Part shown: in pieces, positions 17,534 to 25,939 of the stretch
Numbering within the stretch: the first letter of the stretch is position 1
How the letters are laid out: each line of letters opens with the position of its first letter
DNA from: Clostridia bacterium
GTDB taxonomy: Bacteria > Bacillota > Clostridia > Oscillospirales > CAG-272
NCBI GenBank assembly: GCA_017410065.1
Contig: JAFQRL010000004.1
Location: forward strand, 5,856-69,855
Length of the DNA: 64,000 nucleotides
Reading direction: 5' to 3'
Made by a program: the position numbers and the translations under genes
Notes under the pieces: generated by a model
Seen by the model: only the letters and a program-made list of their open reading frames with translations
What the model was told of the DNA's origin: nothing
The model's database searches: none

Positions 17534-19207
17534 TTATGAGCCGGTAGCGGACTTATCGTCAAGTTCCTTTAATAACTGAACCAGTCTGGCTTTAATATTT
17601 TCATACTCTAAAGTTAACTGATTCTTTGCCAAGGGCGTTAATAATGATGTGTGTCCTACTGCATCACGCATAGGCTTGTACACTGTTGCTGATCTGCTTA
17701 ATCCTGCGTTTTTGGGTTTATCAGCGGGAACCTTATCTATAAGATTTGCCAAATGTCCCATGTCAAGATAATAAACATCATCCGCGGATTGGCGAACATC
17801 GTATGAAATATTGGCAGCCCCTTTATTTGTACTTTCTTTTGCTCGCCATTTTTGAGCTTCTTCGGAAGCTTCTGTACTTAAGGGTTCGTGAGAGTAATCA
17901 ATATAGTGGCGCAATAAGTTCTCCGCAATAAAACATTCTGTGTATGACGGAACATTAAATTGAGCTTCTTCGGATAATTGTCTCGCCCATTCTTCAACGA
18001 TGCTTCCTTTACGGATGAATTTGCCGTCTGTTTCCATATCTTTTATTGTAGTGTTGAACAGTTCTTGCGCTTTACGGGCTTTGGGCGTAATTTTTTTGTT
18101 ATCTGGATCTCCGTCGCTTCCATACTTTCTTCTCAATTCATCCCACTCATCAATTATTTTTTTGAATATAGTTTCAAATTCAGAAAGAATCAATTTAAAT
18201 GACGGATCATCGGAAATTATACCCTCTCTACTACTGGTAAAAATATCTTTACCGGTTCCATCATCAAGAAAATCACAATGAATTTGACCATAAACGTAGT
18301 TTTCTACGATTCTGGCGGTGGGGATATGTCTTAAAATATCCCTTTCTCGCAATCTACCATTTACGAACAGATCAATTGTTACTTTTTCTTGTGTTCCTCT
18401 AATTTTTATTTGAGAAGGTTTCTCAACAGACGCTACATATCCCTTTAACTGAATCGGCTTTCTAATGTATTTGCATTCCAAGATATTTTTCATCGCATCA
18501 ACGAATGGATCGCTAATATCGTTAATTCGCCACAGAAATTGAGTCTTTTCGGAGAAATCACTGAGAAGTGACTCATCAATAAGGGTATCGTTTACATAAA
18601 TGTTGAATTTTTTGTCAATTAGAGAAAACCTAAAATATATTGCTATAGCCTTTTTTATGTATTCGATCGTATTACTGATCCCGTCAGAAATGGAGTGAAA
18701 TTCTAACAAAGTTCCCTTTGTAATATCATTCATTAAAGCAAAAGATTTATCATCCAGCGCTTCAAGGCGGTATTCTTGCGCAATCAAATCATCCGTAATG
18801 GCTTCATCTAATTTCGAATTATCAATTATACCGCCAACCACTTCAGAGGTTTGAGTCTTTGTAGCAATACTGACACGTTTTGCACAAGACAGCAACGCCA
18901 ATTTTCCAATGCCTTTTCGTCCTATAAAAGGTCGTCCCAAGAGCGATTTGCTTTCGCCGTTTTTGCGTTTTGAATAACCTATTTTCAGAAATTTATTTTG
19001 GAAATCTTCACTTGTCATACCATTACCATCATCTCGGATTGACATATAATTCGCATCTCGATCAATGATGATATATACGTTGTTGGCATCAGCATCCCAA
19101 GAATTGGAGATAGCTTCGCCCAAAACAGTGATTATATTTCTATAAAGATTTCTTCCCAAATGATTTAGTACGCTAAGCGAAATATTAAAGTTATAGCTGT
19201 TTTGCAT
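17534..19207 (-). CDS. GHKL (MutL/MORC-like, HATPase_c_3-type) ATPase with a C-terminal HEPN-like R-x4-H domain
   Basis: N-box LGEAISNSWDA, G1 box IRDDGNGM, G2 box GRKGIGKLA, MutL-like DLFVNGR in the middle region. C-terminal helical region has RDAVGH (nt 17668-17651) about 45 aa from the end. Confidence 0.65.
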   Translation of the reverse strand: MQNSYNFNISLSVLNHLGRNLYRNIITVLGEAISNSWDADANNVYIIIDRDANYMSIRDDGNGMTSEDFQNKFLKIGYSKRKNGESKSLLGRPFIGRKGIGKLALLSCAKRVSIATKTQTSEVVGGIIDNSKLDEAITDDLIAQEYRLEALDDKSFALMNDITKGTLLEFHSISDGISNTIEYIKKAIAIYFRFSLIDKKFNIYVNDTLIDESLLSDFSEKTQFLWRINDISDPFVDAMKNILECKYIRKPIQLKGYVASVEKPSQIKIRGTQEKVTIDLFVNGRLRERDILRHIPTARIVENYVYGQIHCDFLDDGTGKDIFTSSREGIISDDPSFKLILSEFETIFKKIIDEWDELRRKYGSDGDPDNKKITPKARKAQELFNTTIKDMETDGKFIRKGSIVEEWARQLSEEAQFNVPSYTECFIAENLLRHYIDYSHEPLSTEASEEAQKWRAKESTNKGAANISYDVRQSADDVYYLDMGHLANLIDKVPADKPKNAGLSRSATVYKPMRDAVGHTSLLTPLAKNQLTLEYENIKARLVQLLKELDDKSATGS

Positions 19208-19219
19208 ATCTTACCTCCG

Positions 19220-20269
19220 TTATATTTCAACGTTGTAATCATTTAAATGCTGCGCAATAGTTAATCCAATGACTTCTCCCAATCTAACCGGCACAGCATT
19301 TCCTATATGTCTTGCTATATCACTAAAGACAAACGGAGCGTCGGGATTGATGAAATTATAATCCATTGGGAATGTTTGAAGCAAAGCACCTTCGCGCAAA
19401 GACAATGCTCGATCTTGTTCCGGATGCCCATACCTACCTGTACCATAATTATAAAATTGAGTCGTTATAGTAGGACCGATTTGTTCCCATGTCATTCGAC
19501 CATACACGGAACTATATGTTTGTCCGCTTTCTTTTCGATGGCATGGACATCTAAGATTTTCAGGCCAATCTCGCCAAGTTCCTCCCGGGATGGAAGCTCT
19601 TATTCTTTGCAAATTTCGGTCTGATAATAATGCTGATCGATGCATCGGATCATTGGGATCTACCGCACCTGCTTCAATATGTGGCAAATTCTCAATGTAA
19701 TCACGCACATGTACTTCGTTGCGGTTGTGTGTTGGCTCAATAATGTTTATCGGGCCAAGCAACGAACCAACCAATACGAATCTTCGGCGTGTTTGAGGTA
19801 TTCCGTAATCGGGACAAAAAATAACTTTAGCATCAATGTGATAATTATTTCTTCTCAAAATCTCGAGAAATTGATTATAAACATCAGTCTCACGAATTTG
19901 TGGGACATTCTCCATAGATATTACGGTTGGATGTGTTTCCTCTATTAAGCGTCCAAATTCCAAAAGCAAATCATATTTTTCATCACGTTCATTTGCTTCT
20001 CGAAGCTTAAATCTCATCTGGGAAAAAGGTTGACACGGTGCGCATCCTACTAAAATTCGAGTAGTATCTTCATCGTACTTTTCTATGATTTCTTGTGCTG
20101 TTACTTCTCGAATATTTCGAATATTATAGTCAACCCCATTGTTATGCTCGTATGTAAATTGACAAGTTGGATCAATATCAAAACCAGCAACTACATTCAT
20201 ACCAGCATCTAATAATCCTCTCGTCAAACCTCCGACTCCGCAAAATAAATCAACAATTTGTGTTGGCAT
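19220..20269 (-). CDS. DNA (cytosine-5) methyltransferase (third in operon)
   Basis: Motif I DLFCGVGG, motif IV APCQPFS, motif VI ENV, motif VIII QTRRR, motif X GNAVP. Confidence 0.9.
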   Translation of the reverse strand: MPTQIVDLFCGVGGLTRGLLDAGMNVVAGFDIDPTCQFTYEHNNGVDYNIRNIREVTAQEIIEKYDEDTTRILVGCAPCQPFSQMRFKLREANERDEKYDLLLEFGRLIEETHPTVISMENVPQIRETDVYNQFLEILRRNNYHIDAKVIFCPDYGIPQTRRRFVLVGSLLGPINIIEPTHNRNEVHVRDYIENLPHIEAGAVDPNDPMHRSALLSDRNLQRIRASIPGGTWRDWPENLRCPCHRKESGQTYSSVYGRMTWEQIGPTITTQFYNYGTGRYGHPEQDRALSLREGALLQTFPMDYNFINPDAPFVFSDIARHIGNAVPVRLGEVIGLTIAQHLNDYNVEI

Positions 20270-20273
20270 TTTC

Positions 20274-21215
20274 TCACCTACCTATAATTTTGTCTGCAAT
20301 TTTTCTTATAATGGGTACACACACGGTATTTCCGCACTGTTTATATGCCTTTTCAAGAGAAATCCCCTTAAAAATATATTGCTTTGGAAATCCTTGAAAC
20401 GCAAGGCACTCCATAGGAGTAATCTTGCGAATGCCGAAATTGTCACGGATAATCGGGACACGGTCGTGGTAGGTTCCCATATTAGCTTTCAATGTGGGGC
20501 AAACCTCCCATTTCCGCATTGCCACACCGCTATCGTCGATTCGGTAAATTCCCGTTTTATCGACGATTTTCGCATTAAGCTCCTTAAAATATCGGCTGCT
20601 TGAGCCGTAGTAATAAATATCATCGTGTTTTACGTTGCGGTCAATAATGTCCTCAATCGTTGCTTCCATAGGCACTGCTTTGGGAAAAGCAAAGCAATCA
20701 CAATCCTCTATATTGAGAAACGCTACGATAAAAATCCGTGCGCGATTTTGAGGGATATTAACGTCAGTTGCATTTATCACCTTGCATTTAACGGAATACC
20801 CGAATTGAGCCAAGGTATTATAAATGACAAGAAAAGTCTTGCCGTTATCGTGTTCCATAAGGTTTTGCACATTTTCGAGAAACACCACTCTCGGACGCTT
20901 AACGTCAATGAAGCGAGAAATCTCGAAAAACAGATTTCCGCGCGGATCCTTGAATCCGCGCCGATAGCCCATAATTGAGAACGGTTGACACGGAAATCCT
21001 GCAACAAGAACATCAATATCGGAAAGCATATGCGGATCAATGTCACGTACATCTCCCTCAATAAGTTGCGTATTCGCGAAGTTATGGCGATATGTTTTAC
21101 AACAAGCAGAATCTATGTCATTTGCCCAAGCAATTTCATATCCAGCCTGTTCAAAACCAAGATCAATACCGCCAATTCCCGAAAACAAACTACCTACTTT
21201 CGGTTTGCTCATCAT
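20274..21215 (-). CDS. DNA (cytosine-5) methyltransferase (second in operon)
   Basis: Motif I SLFSGIGG, motif IV GFPCQPFS, motif VI ENV, motif VIII QNRARIF, motif X GNTV. Confidence 0.9.
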   Translation of the reverse strand: MMSKPKVGSLFSGIGGIDLGFEQAGYEIAWANDIDSACCKTYRHNFANTQLIEGDVRDIDPHMLSDIDVLVAGFPCQPFSIMGYRRGFKDPRGNLFFEISRFIDVKRPRVVFLENVQNLMEHDNGKTFLVIYNTLAQFGYSVKCKVINATDVNIPQNRARIFIVAFLNIEDCDCFAFPKAVPMEATIEDIIDRNVKHDDIYYYGSSSRYFKELNAKIVDKTGIYRIDDSGVAMRKWEVCPTLKANMGTYHDRVPIIRDNFGIRKITPMECLAFQGFPKQYIFKGISLEKAYKQCGNTVCVPIIRKIADKIIGR

Positions 21216-22303
21216 TTGATAAATCTGATCTGCAAGTTCAACTTCAAATAATATTTGCCGTTTTCCTTGTAAATGCTACCAAATTGATGTCTGCTCGTGC
21301 TTGCGGTTTCAAACTTGGTGTTCTTTACAAGATAATTCTCAAACTCGTTACGATTGAACAAGTGATAGCAAAGAACCTCTCCATCCTCACGGACGATAAT
21401 ATAACCGCCCGTTGCATCGGCAGTTCCATCCCATGCTCTGGAAGGAAGCATTCCAAGTGCGCTTTCGGTCAAAAACTTCTTGAATTTATACTGATAGAAC
21501 GGATGACCTTTGCTCAGGTTATAGTTCATCGGATTAGCAGCGACGATGGATTCAAGAGCCTTTTCAACAGTGTTAACACCTGTAGAATAATATCCCGTCA
21601 ACATATACGCACAGATTTGAGGAAGATCGCCATCAATCAAAAGCAAGTTGCTCTCAAATGTGTCATTTTCCATACCTGCGTATTTCAAACCGCATCCGGC
21701 ATCTGCGAGGTATGCCATTTTCTGCTTAAACAATTTAGAGCAAGATTCAAATCCAGCCGCAATTGCATCGTTGGGATTACCAGTAATCTCATAGATGAAG
21801 TTAGTGGTTTTGCCTGCATTTACCAGAGTAGAGGCACCACCAAGTCTTGATTTAATACTGAAGCCTTGTACAGACTCATACCCCGTGTTTATATCGTGAA
21901 TTTTGATGCGAATGTCAGCTTTGTCGCTCGATTTTGCCTTTAAAGTGCTTACACTGATTCTATCAAGAAATGCTTCGGTATCAACAGACGCAAAAGACGG
22001 GGCGTTAGCCGCAACGATCTCGTTGTAAAGCTTATCCGCTACACGTGCAAATTCATCGGAAGGAATGTCTATCAATGTTGCTGCGGTTTCGGTATTATAA
22101 ACCGACACTCGACCTGCGTTACGGTCAACACGAAATTCAAGAACACCGATATTCTCGGTTCTCACAATGTTGATGATGTTATAGAATACATCGTCCATTT
22201 TGTTCAAATCGGCATCTGCCGCATAGAGCTTACCGACCTCAAGCAAACGAAGAAATACGTAGATTTCACTCCATTCGCCTTTGTTTCCCGAAAGCTTAGG
22301 CAT
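21212..22303 (-). CDS. type II restriction endonuclease, HpaII-family-like (CCGG-type by family, specificity unverified)
   Basis: N-terminus LSGNKGEWSEIYVFLRLLEVGKLYAAD and the C-terminal LNLQIRF resemble R.HpaII-family proteins, from memory. The start is set at MPKLSG (ATG 22303) behind AAGGAGG and overlaps the upstream methyltransferase by 8 nt. Confidence 0.65.
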   Translation of the reverse strand: MPKLSGNKGEWSEIYVFLRLLEVGKLYAADADLNKMDDVFYNIINIVRTENIGVLEFRVDRNAGRVSVYNTETAATLIDIPSDEFARVADKLYNEIVAANAPSFASVDTEAFLDRISVSTLKAKSSDKADIRIKIHDINTGYESVQGFSIKSRLGGASTLVNAGKTTNFIYEITGNPNDAIAAGFESCSKLFKQKMAYLADAGCGLKYAGMENDTFESNLLLIDGDLPQICAYMLTGYYSTGVNTVEKALESIVAANPMNYNLSKGHPFYQYKFKKFLTESALGMLPSRAWDGTADATGGYIIVREDGEVLCYHLFNRNEFENYLVKNTKFETASTSRHQFGSIYKENGKYYLKLNLQIRFIK

Positions 22304-23300
22304 TATCAAGTACCTCCTTAATTCTTTCCGCAATTGCCGCTATGACATTTACGGTCACACTATTGCCGAACTGCTTATAAAGATGGGTATCTGCAAGAGG
22401 AAGAACGAAACTATCCGGGAATCCCTGCAAACGTGCCCATTCGCGAGGTGTCATTTTACGGATACCTTCTTTATTGATTTTTCCTTTAATGTGAGTGGTG
22501 GGAGCAAGGTTCTTCTGACGCTTATCTACCACAAGATTTCTTTCTCTGCCCATACCACCGCACACGATAGCACCAGCAACATCACTCCAATCGCGGATTT
22601 CGTAACCAAAACCGTTGCCCTTGGATTCGTGACGAGCCTTGTGGCGGCGGAGCGTTTCTACATATACATCACTTAAATAATACTTGGCGGGAACGGGGTT
22701 TTCTTCACGAATATTCCACAAACGCTTTGTATCGTCGGTCATTTCCGGGAAATCAAAGGTTTCGGGCGCAATATCGTTTCTAAACGCTACCACATAAATT
22801 CTTTCTCTATTTTGAGGAACTCCAAAATTCTTACTGTTCAAAACTTGATGAAATACCTTGTACCCGAGATCTTCAAAGGTCTTGCAAATAATCTTAAAGG
22901 TTCTGCCTCTATCGTGGATAACAAGTCCTTTTACGTTTTCGCAGAAGATAACCTTCGGCTTATGATACTCACAAATACGAGCCACATCCATAAAGAGTGT
23001 ACCGCGACACATACCTTTGTAGTTATCTTCAAACCCCATACGCTGTCCGGCAAGGCTGAACGCCTGACAAGGGAATCCCGCGAGGCAAATGTCAAATTCG
23101 GGAACATCCTTCTCATCAATTTTTGTTATATCACCTGCGATTGCAAAATCATCGTTAAAGTTTGCTTTATAGGTTTTCTGTGCATTTTCATCCCATTCGC
23201 ATACGAATACCGTATCAATGTCCTCACCGAAAGCTCTGTCAAAGCCGAGCCGGATGCCTCCGATGCCTGCGAATAAATCTATTGATCTTAACCCATTCAT
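22296..23300 (-). CDS. DNA (cytosine-5) methyltransferase (first in operon, likely cognate of the HpaII-like nuclease)
   Basis: Motif I DLFAGIGG, motif IV GFPCQAFS, motif VI ENV, motif VIII QNRERIY, motif X GNSV. Confidence 0.9.
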   Translation of the reverse strand: MNGLRSIDLFAGIGGIRLGFDRAFGEDIDTVFVCEWDENAQKTYKANFNDDFAIAGDITKIDEKDVPEFDICLAGFPCQAFSLAGQRMGFEDNYKGMCRGTLFMDVARICEYHKPKVIFCENVKGLVIHDRGRTFKIICKTFEDLGYKVFHQVLNSKNFGVPQNRERIYVVAFRNDIAPETFDFPEMTDDTKRLWNIREENPVPAKYYLSDVYVETLRRHKARHESKGNGFGYEIRDWSDVAGAIVCGGMGRERNLVVDKRQKNLAPTTHIKGKINKEGIRKMTPREWARLQGFPDSFVLPLADTHLYKQFGNSVTVNVIAAIAERIKEVLDNA

Positions 23301-23707
23301 TTTGAATGTACCGCCTTTTCAATTATATCTGCGCATTGCGCCGTGTTCTTTTTGATTTCATTGCCCCAAAATCGGATGACCGTCCATCCCTCGGATTCAA
23401 GCTTTGCCGTCACTTCTGCATCACGTTCCATATTTCGTTCGATTTTAGGTATCCAAAACTCTTGATGTGACTTGAAATCTTTCTTTCGTTCTTCCCAATT
23501 GTATCCGTGCCAAAATTCGCTGTCACAAAAGACGGCAATCTTTTTGCCTATAAATACAATATCGGGCTTCCCATGTATGCGGTTCACATTCTTTCTGTAG
23601 CGAATACCGCGCGACCATAGTTCTTTACGCAACAAGACCTCTATCTTTGAATCCTTGTTTTTAACTTGCTGCATATTGTAACTAATCTGCTCTTTTGTCT
23701 TTTGCAT
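23297..23707 (-). CDS. vsr: Vsr-family very-short-patch repair endonuclease (divergent)
   Basis: KIEVLLRKELWSRGIRYRKN, catalytic-Asp context GKPDIVF, FWHG and GWTVIRFW motifs. Overlaps the next methyltransferase by ATGA. Confidence 0.8.
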   Translation of the reverse strand: MQKTKEQISYNMQQVKNKDSKIEVLLRKELWSRGIRYRKNVNRIHGKPDIVFIGKKIAVFCDSEFWHGYNWEERKKDFKSHQEFWIPKIERNMERDAEVTAKLESEGWTVIRFWGNEIKKNTAQCADIIEKAVHSK

Positions 23708-23708
23708 A

Positions 23709-23912
23709 TCAGTTATTAGTAAGAGAAGTGATGTCTATATTATTCTTCTCGCACAAATCATTGAACGCTTTTTGTGCTTTATAACTCGGTTCGCATTTTC
23801 CTTTTTCCCAACGGTTCACCGTTGCAAAAGAAACACCAAGTTCTTTCGCCATAGCTTCTTGGCTTAAAAACAACTGTTTTCTTACGGCTTGCATCTTTTC
23901 AGCAAATGTCAT
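23709..23912 (-). CDS. XRE-family helix-turn-helix protein, probable R-M controller (C) protein
   Basis: 67 aa. LSQEAMAKELGVSFATVNRWEKGK is a classic HTH_3 motif. It is the first gene of the R-M operon. Confidence 0.8.
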   Translation of the reverse strand: MTFAEKMQAVRKQLFLSQEAMAKELGVSFATVNRWEKGKCEPSYKAQKAFNDLCEKNNIDITSLTNN

Positions 23913-23945
23913 TTTTGCACCTCTCGGTATAATTGATTATAACAT

Positions 23946-23974
23946 CATTATAACATGTTTATAGCAATCTTTCA
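23946..23974 (-). promoter_or_regulatory. sigma-A type promoter of the R-M operon (TTGAAA - 17 bp - TATAAT)
   Basis: Minus strand reads TTGAAAGATTGCTATAAACATGTTATAAT. A second TTATAAT lies 11 bp downstream. Confidence 0.6.
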
Positions 23975-23980
23975 AGAGGA

Positions 23981-24028
23981 TTTAAGAATATTGTCATATT
24001 TCGCGTTAAGAATATTGTCATATTTCGC
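23981..24028. promoter_or_regulatory. two perfect tandem 24-bp copies of TTAAGAATATTGTCATATTTCGCG, candidate operator (C-box-like)
   Basis: Perfect direct repeat abutting the -35. Each unit contains the inverted repeat AATAT-TGTC-ATATT. Confidence 0.55.
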
Positions 24029-24161
24029 GTGGAAAAATACACATCAAAAATGAAGAGTTAAATACAAATTCATTAGCGCCCCTAAAAGCGTATTTGAAAA
24101 GCCTTGTACAACAATACTTTTTATTTTCTATTTTGCCACGTTCTACCCCTGCTTTTGATGT

Positions 24162-24190
24162 AAAAAGCGGCGAGGACAAGCCCCGCCGCC
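24162..24190 (-). terminator. intrinsic terminator after the small island gene
   Basis: Minus strand reads GGCGGCGGGG-CTTGT-CCTCGCCGC followed by TTTTTAC. Confidence 0.7.
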
Positions 24191-24195
24191 GTAGG

Positions 24196-24462
24196 TTATT
24201 CGGTTAATGTTTCTATGGCGATTTGTATACCAAGTTTGAAAGCGTCTCTAAAGATTGCTTCCTCTGCATAACTCGCATACTCACTCCAACAATCATCAAA
24301 CTTTTCAAAAATCTCCTTTTGCTCATCCGTCATTCTTTTGAGCAGATCATCGTGATGCCGAGCCATATATTCCATAAGCTCTTTCATTTCGGGCGAGTTG
24401 TTGCGACTATCGGTTTCCGGACACACATTTCCGTGCCAAAATTCTTTGATGACCGACTTCAT
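24196..24462 (-). CDS. small conserved hypothetical protein of the kind found in Firmicutes transposon/ICE accessory regions
   Basis: MKSVIKEFWHGNVCPE...DAFKLGIQIAIE pattern. GGGAGGTG RBS. The ATG overlaps the preceding reading frame as ATGA. The ORF-track start at 24531 is too long. Confidence 0.6.
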   Translation of the reverse strand: MKSVIKEFWHGNVCPETDSRNNSPEMKELMEYMARHHDDLLKRMTDEQKEIFEKFDDCWSEYASYAEEAIFRDAFKLGIQIAIETLTE

Positions 24463-24831
24463 TGACAGATCACCTCCCGCAAAACGATCTCTTCCGCGCT
24501 CGCCTTGATGTTGTTCATCTCGGCTACCCATTTGAGCGTGTCAAAAGCCTTTAATTCTTCGTCCATGCCGCATTTGCGGGCAAGGTTAGCAACTATTGAA
24601 TTCGACCATTTCATTGGCTTGTGCGTCGATTTCGTGGAGGTGTGCGTTGAGCTTTCCTTTGGTCAAGAGAGTGGTGTATGTACCTCTCTTGTGCTGCTTG
24701 ATGTAGTCAAGATGAAGCAGTCCGTATTTGCCGATACGATGCTCGGTAGAGTTCGTTTCGTTGAAAATCGGGTAGTATTTCTCTCCACGAAGCTCGTATT
24801 TAATGCCGTTTTCGATAATGTACTTTTCCAT
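24459..24831 (-). pseudogene. tnpV: TnpV-family transposon accessory gene, interrupted by a frameshift
   Basis: The N-terminal ORF (24586-24831) ends ...LTKGKLNAHLHEIDAQANEMVEFNSC*. A different frame continues SIVANLARKCGMDEELKAFDTLKWVAEMNNIKASAEEIVLREVICQ* to 24459. Together they match the full-length TnpV pattern, implying a 1-nt indel near 24600-24612. Confidence 0.65.
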
Positions 24832-25227
24832 AATTCATATTCCTTTCAAGTGTTGATTTTACTTGAAAACATAAGGCTTTGGCACTTTTGGAATATGTAT
24901 GGATACTGTCGGCAGTTATCGAGTTTCGTTATGACTATCCGTCCCAAACAGGAATAATACGAACCCTGAGCAATCAAGGTTCGTATTATTCTTTACAATG
25001 GCTTATTTGTGGGTGAAGATTAAGCGATAGAATTATAAAAGGTGGGACACAAGATCCCACCCAAATCTAATAAAGAGCTACCTCGAATGCGACTTTGCAT
25101 TTAAGACAGCTCTTTTTTATCTTATTTAGTGCCTGCCACAAGCTCCAAGGTCGCGCCATCAAAGCGGTGTGCCGAGGTCTTCTTGGCGAGTGCCTTTATC
25201 ATTTATTTATCGTTTTAAGTATTTCGA

Positions 25228-25866
25228 TTACTTGAGGAGCTTCTCAACTGCCGCGCGGATCTTATCACACTTGCAATTTGCGAAGAAATACTCCTTGAAA
25301 TTAGGTCCTGCGACAGCACCCTTAACGAGATCCTGATCAAGGTTCTCAAGAATATAGACCATATCGGTGTGAGTTACCTTCTTGACTTCGTCAAGGATCT
25401 TCTTGTTTCTCTGCTCGGGAACTGCTCTCTCACGAGGATAGCCGAGACCCCACTCGGAAACGAAGAGCTTTTCGAAAACATACTGAAGGTTGAGCTCACA
25501 GCCCCAGCCCCAGCCCTTTGCGAAGGGCATAGCGATTGCGTTACCGTTGTTTACCTGAGTGAACTGATAAGCATCAGTGGGATCAACAACGTGACCGCAA
25601 AGCACGCCGGGGAAGGAATTACAAGCGAGCATTGCGCCCTCGCCTGTGCCGCAGCCTGTGATAACGAGATCGCAAGCACCCGAGTTAAGAAGGATAGCGG
25701 AAAGGATACCGATCTGAACGTAGGTGAGCTGCTCCTTATCCTCTGCGGAATACATACCGTAGTTGAACACCTCGTGACCGAGAGGCTCAACGACCTTCTT
25801 AAGAGTGTCGCAGATAAGTGCGTTTTTAGCCGCCTGGCTATTTTCGTTGATAAGTGCGATTTTCAT
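25228..25866 (-). CDS. RpiB/LacA/LacB-family sugar-phosphate isomerase (long form)
   Basis: ITGCGTGEGAMLACNSFPGV active-site region. 212 aa. Confidence 0.75.
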   Translation of the reverse strand: MKIALINENSQAAKNALICDTLKKVVEPLGHEVFNYGMYSAEDKEQLTYVQIGILSAILLNSGACDLVITGCGTGEGAMLACNSFPGVLCGHVVDPTDAYQFTQVNNGNAIAMPFAKGWGWGCELNLQYVFEKLFVSEWGLGYPRERAVPEQRNKKILDEVKKVTHTDMVYILENLDQDLVKGAVAGPNFKEYFFANCKCDKIRAAVEKLLK

Positions 25867-25939
25867 TTGTTTATCTCCTTTTAAATAATTTTCTCTTTAA
25901 AAACAATTCGAAGTCTCCCTAAGAATCTCCGAAGATGCT

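Larger units (their letters stand above)
17323..25130. mobile_element. AT-rich genomic island: R-M/defence operon plus remnants of transposon accessory genes. Boundaries are approximate and no recombinase is present.
   Basis: Base composition is visibly more AT-rich than both flanks. Contains TnpV-family and companion small genes typical of clostridial transposons/ICEs. No flanking direct repeats found by eye. Confidence 0.5.
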
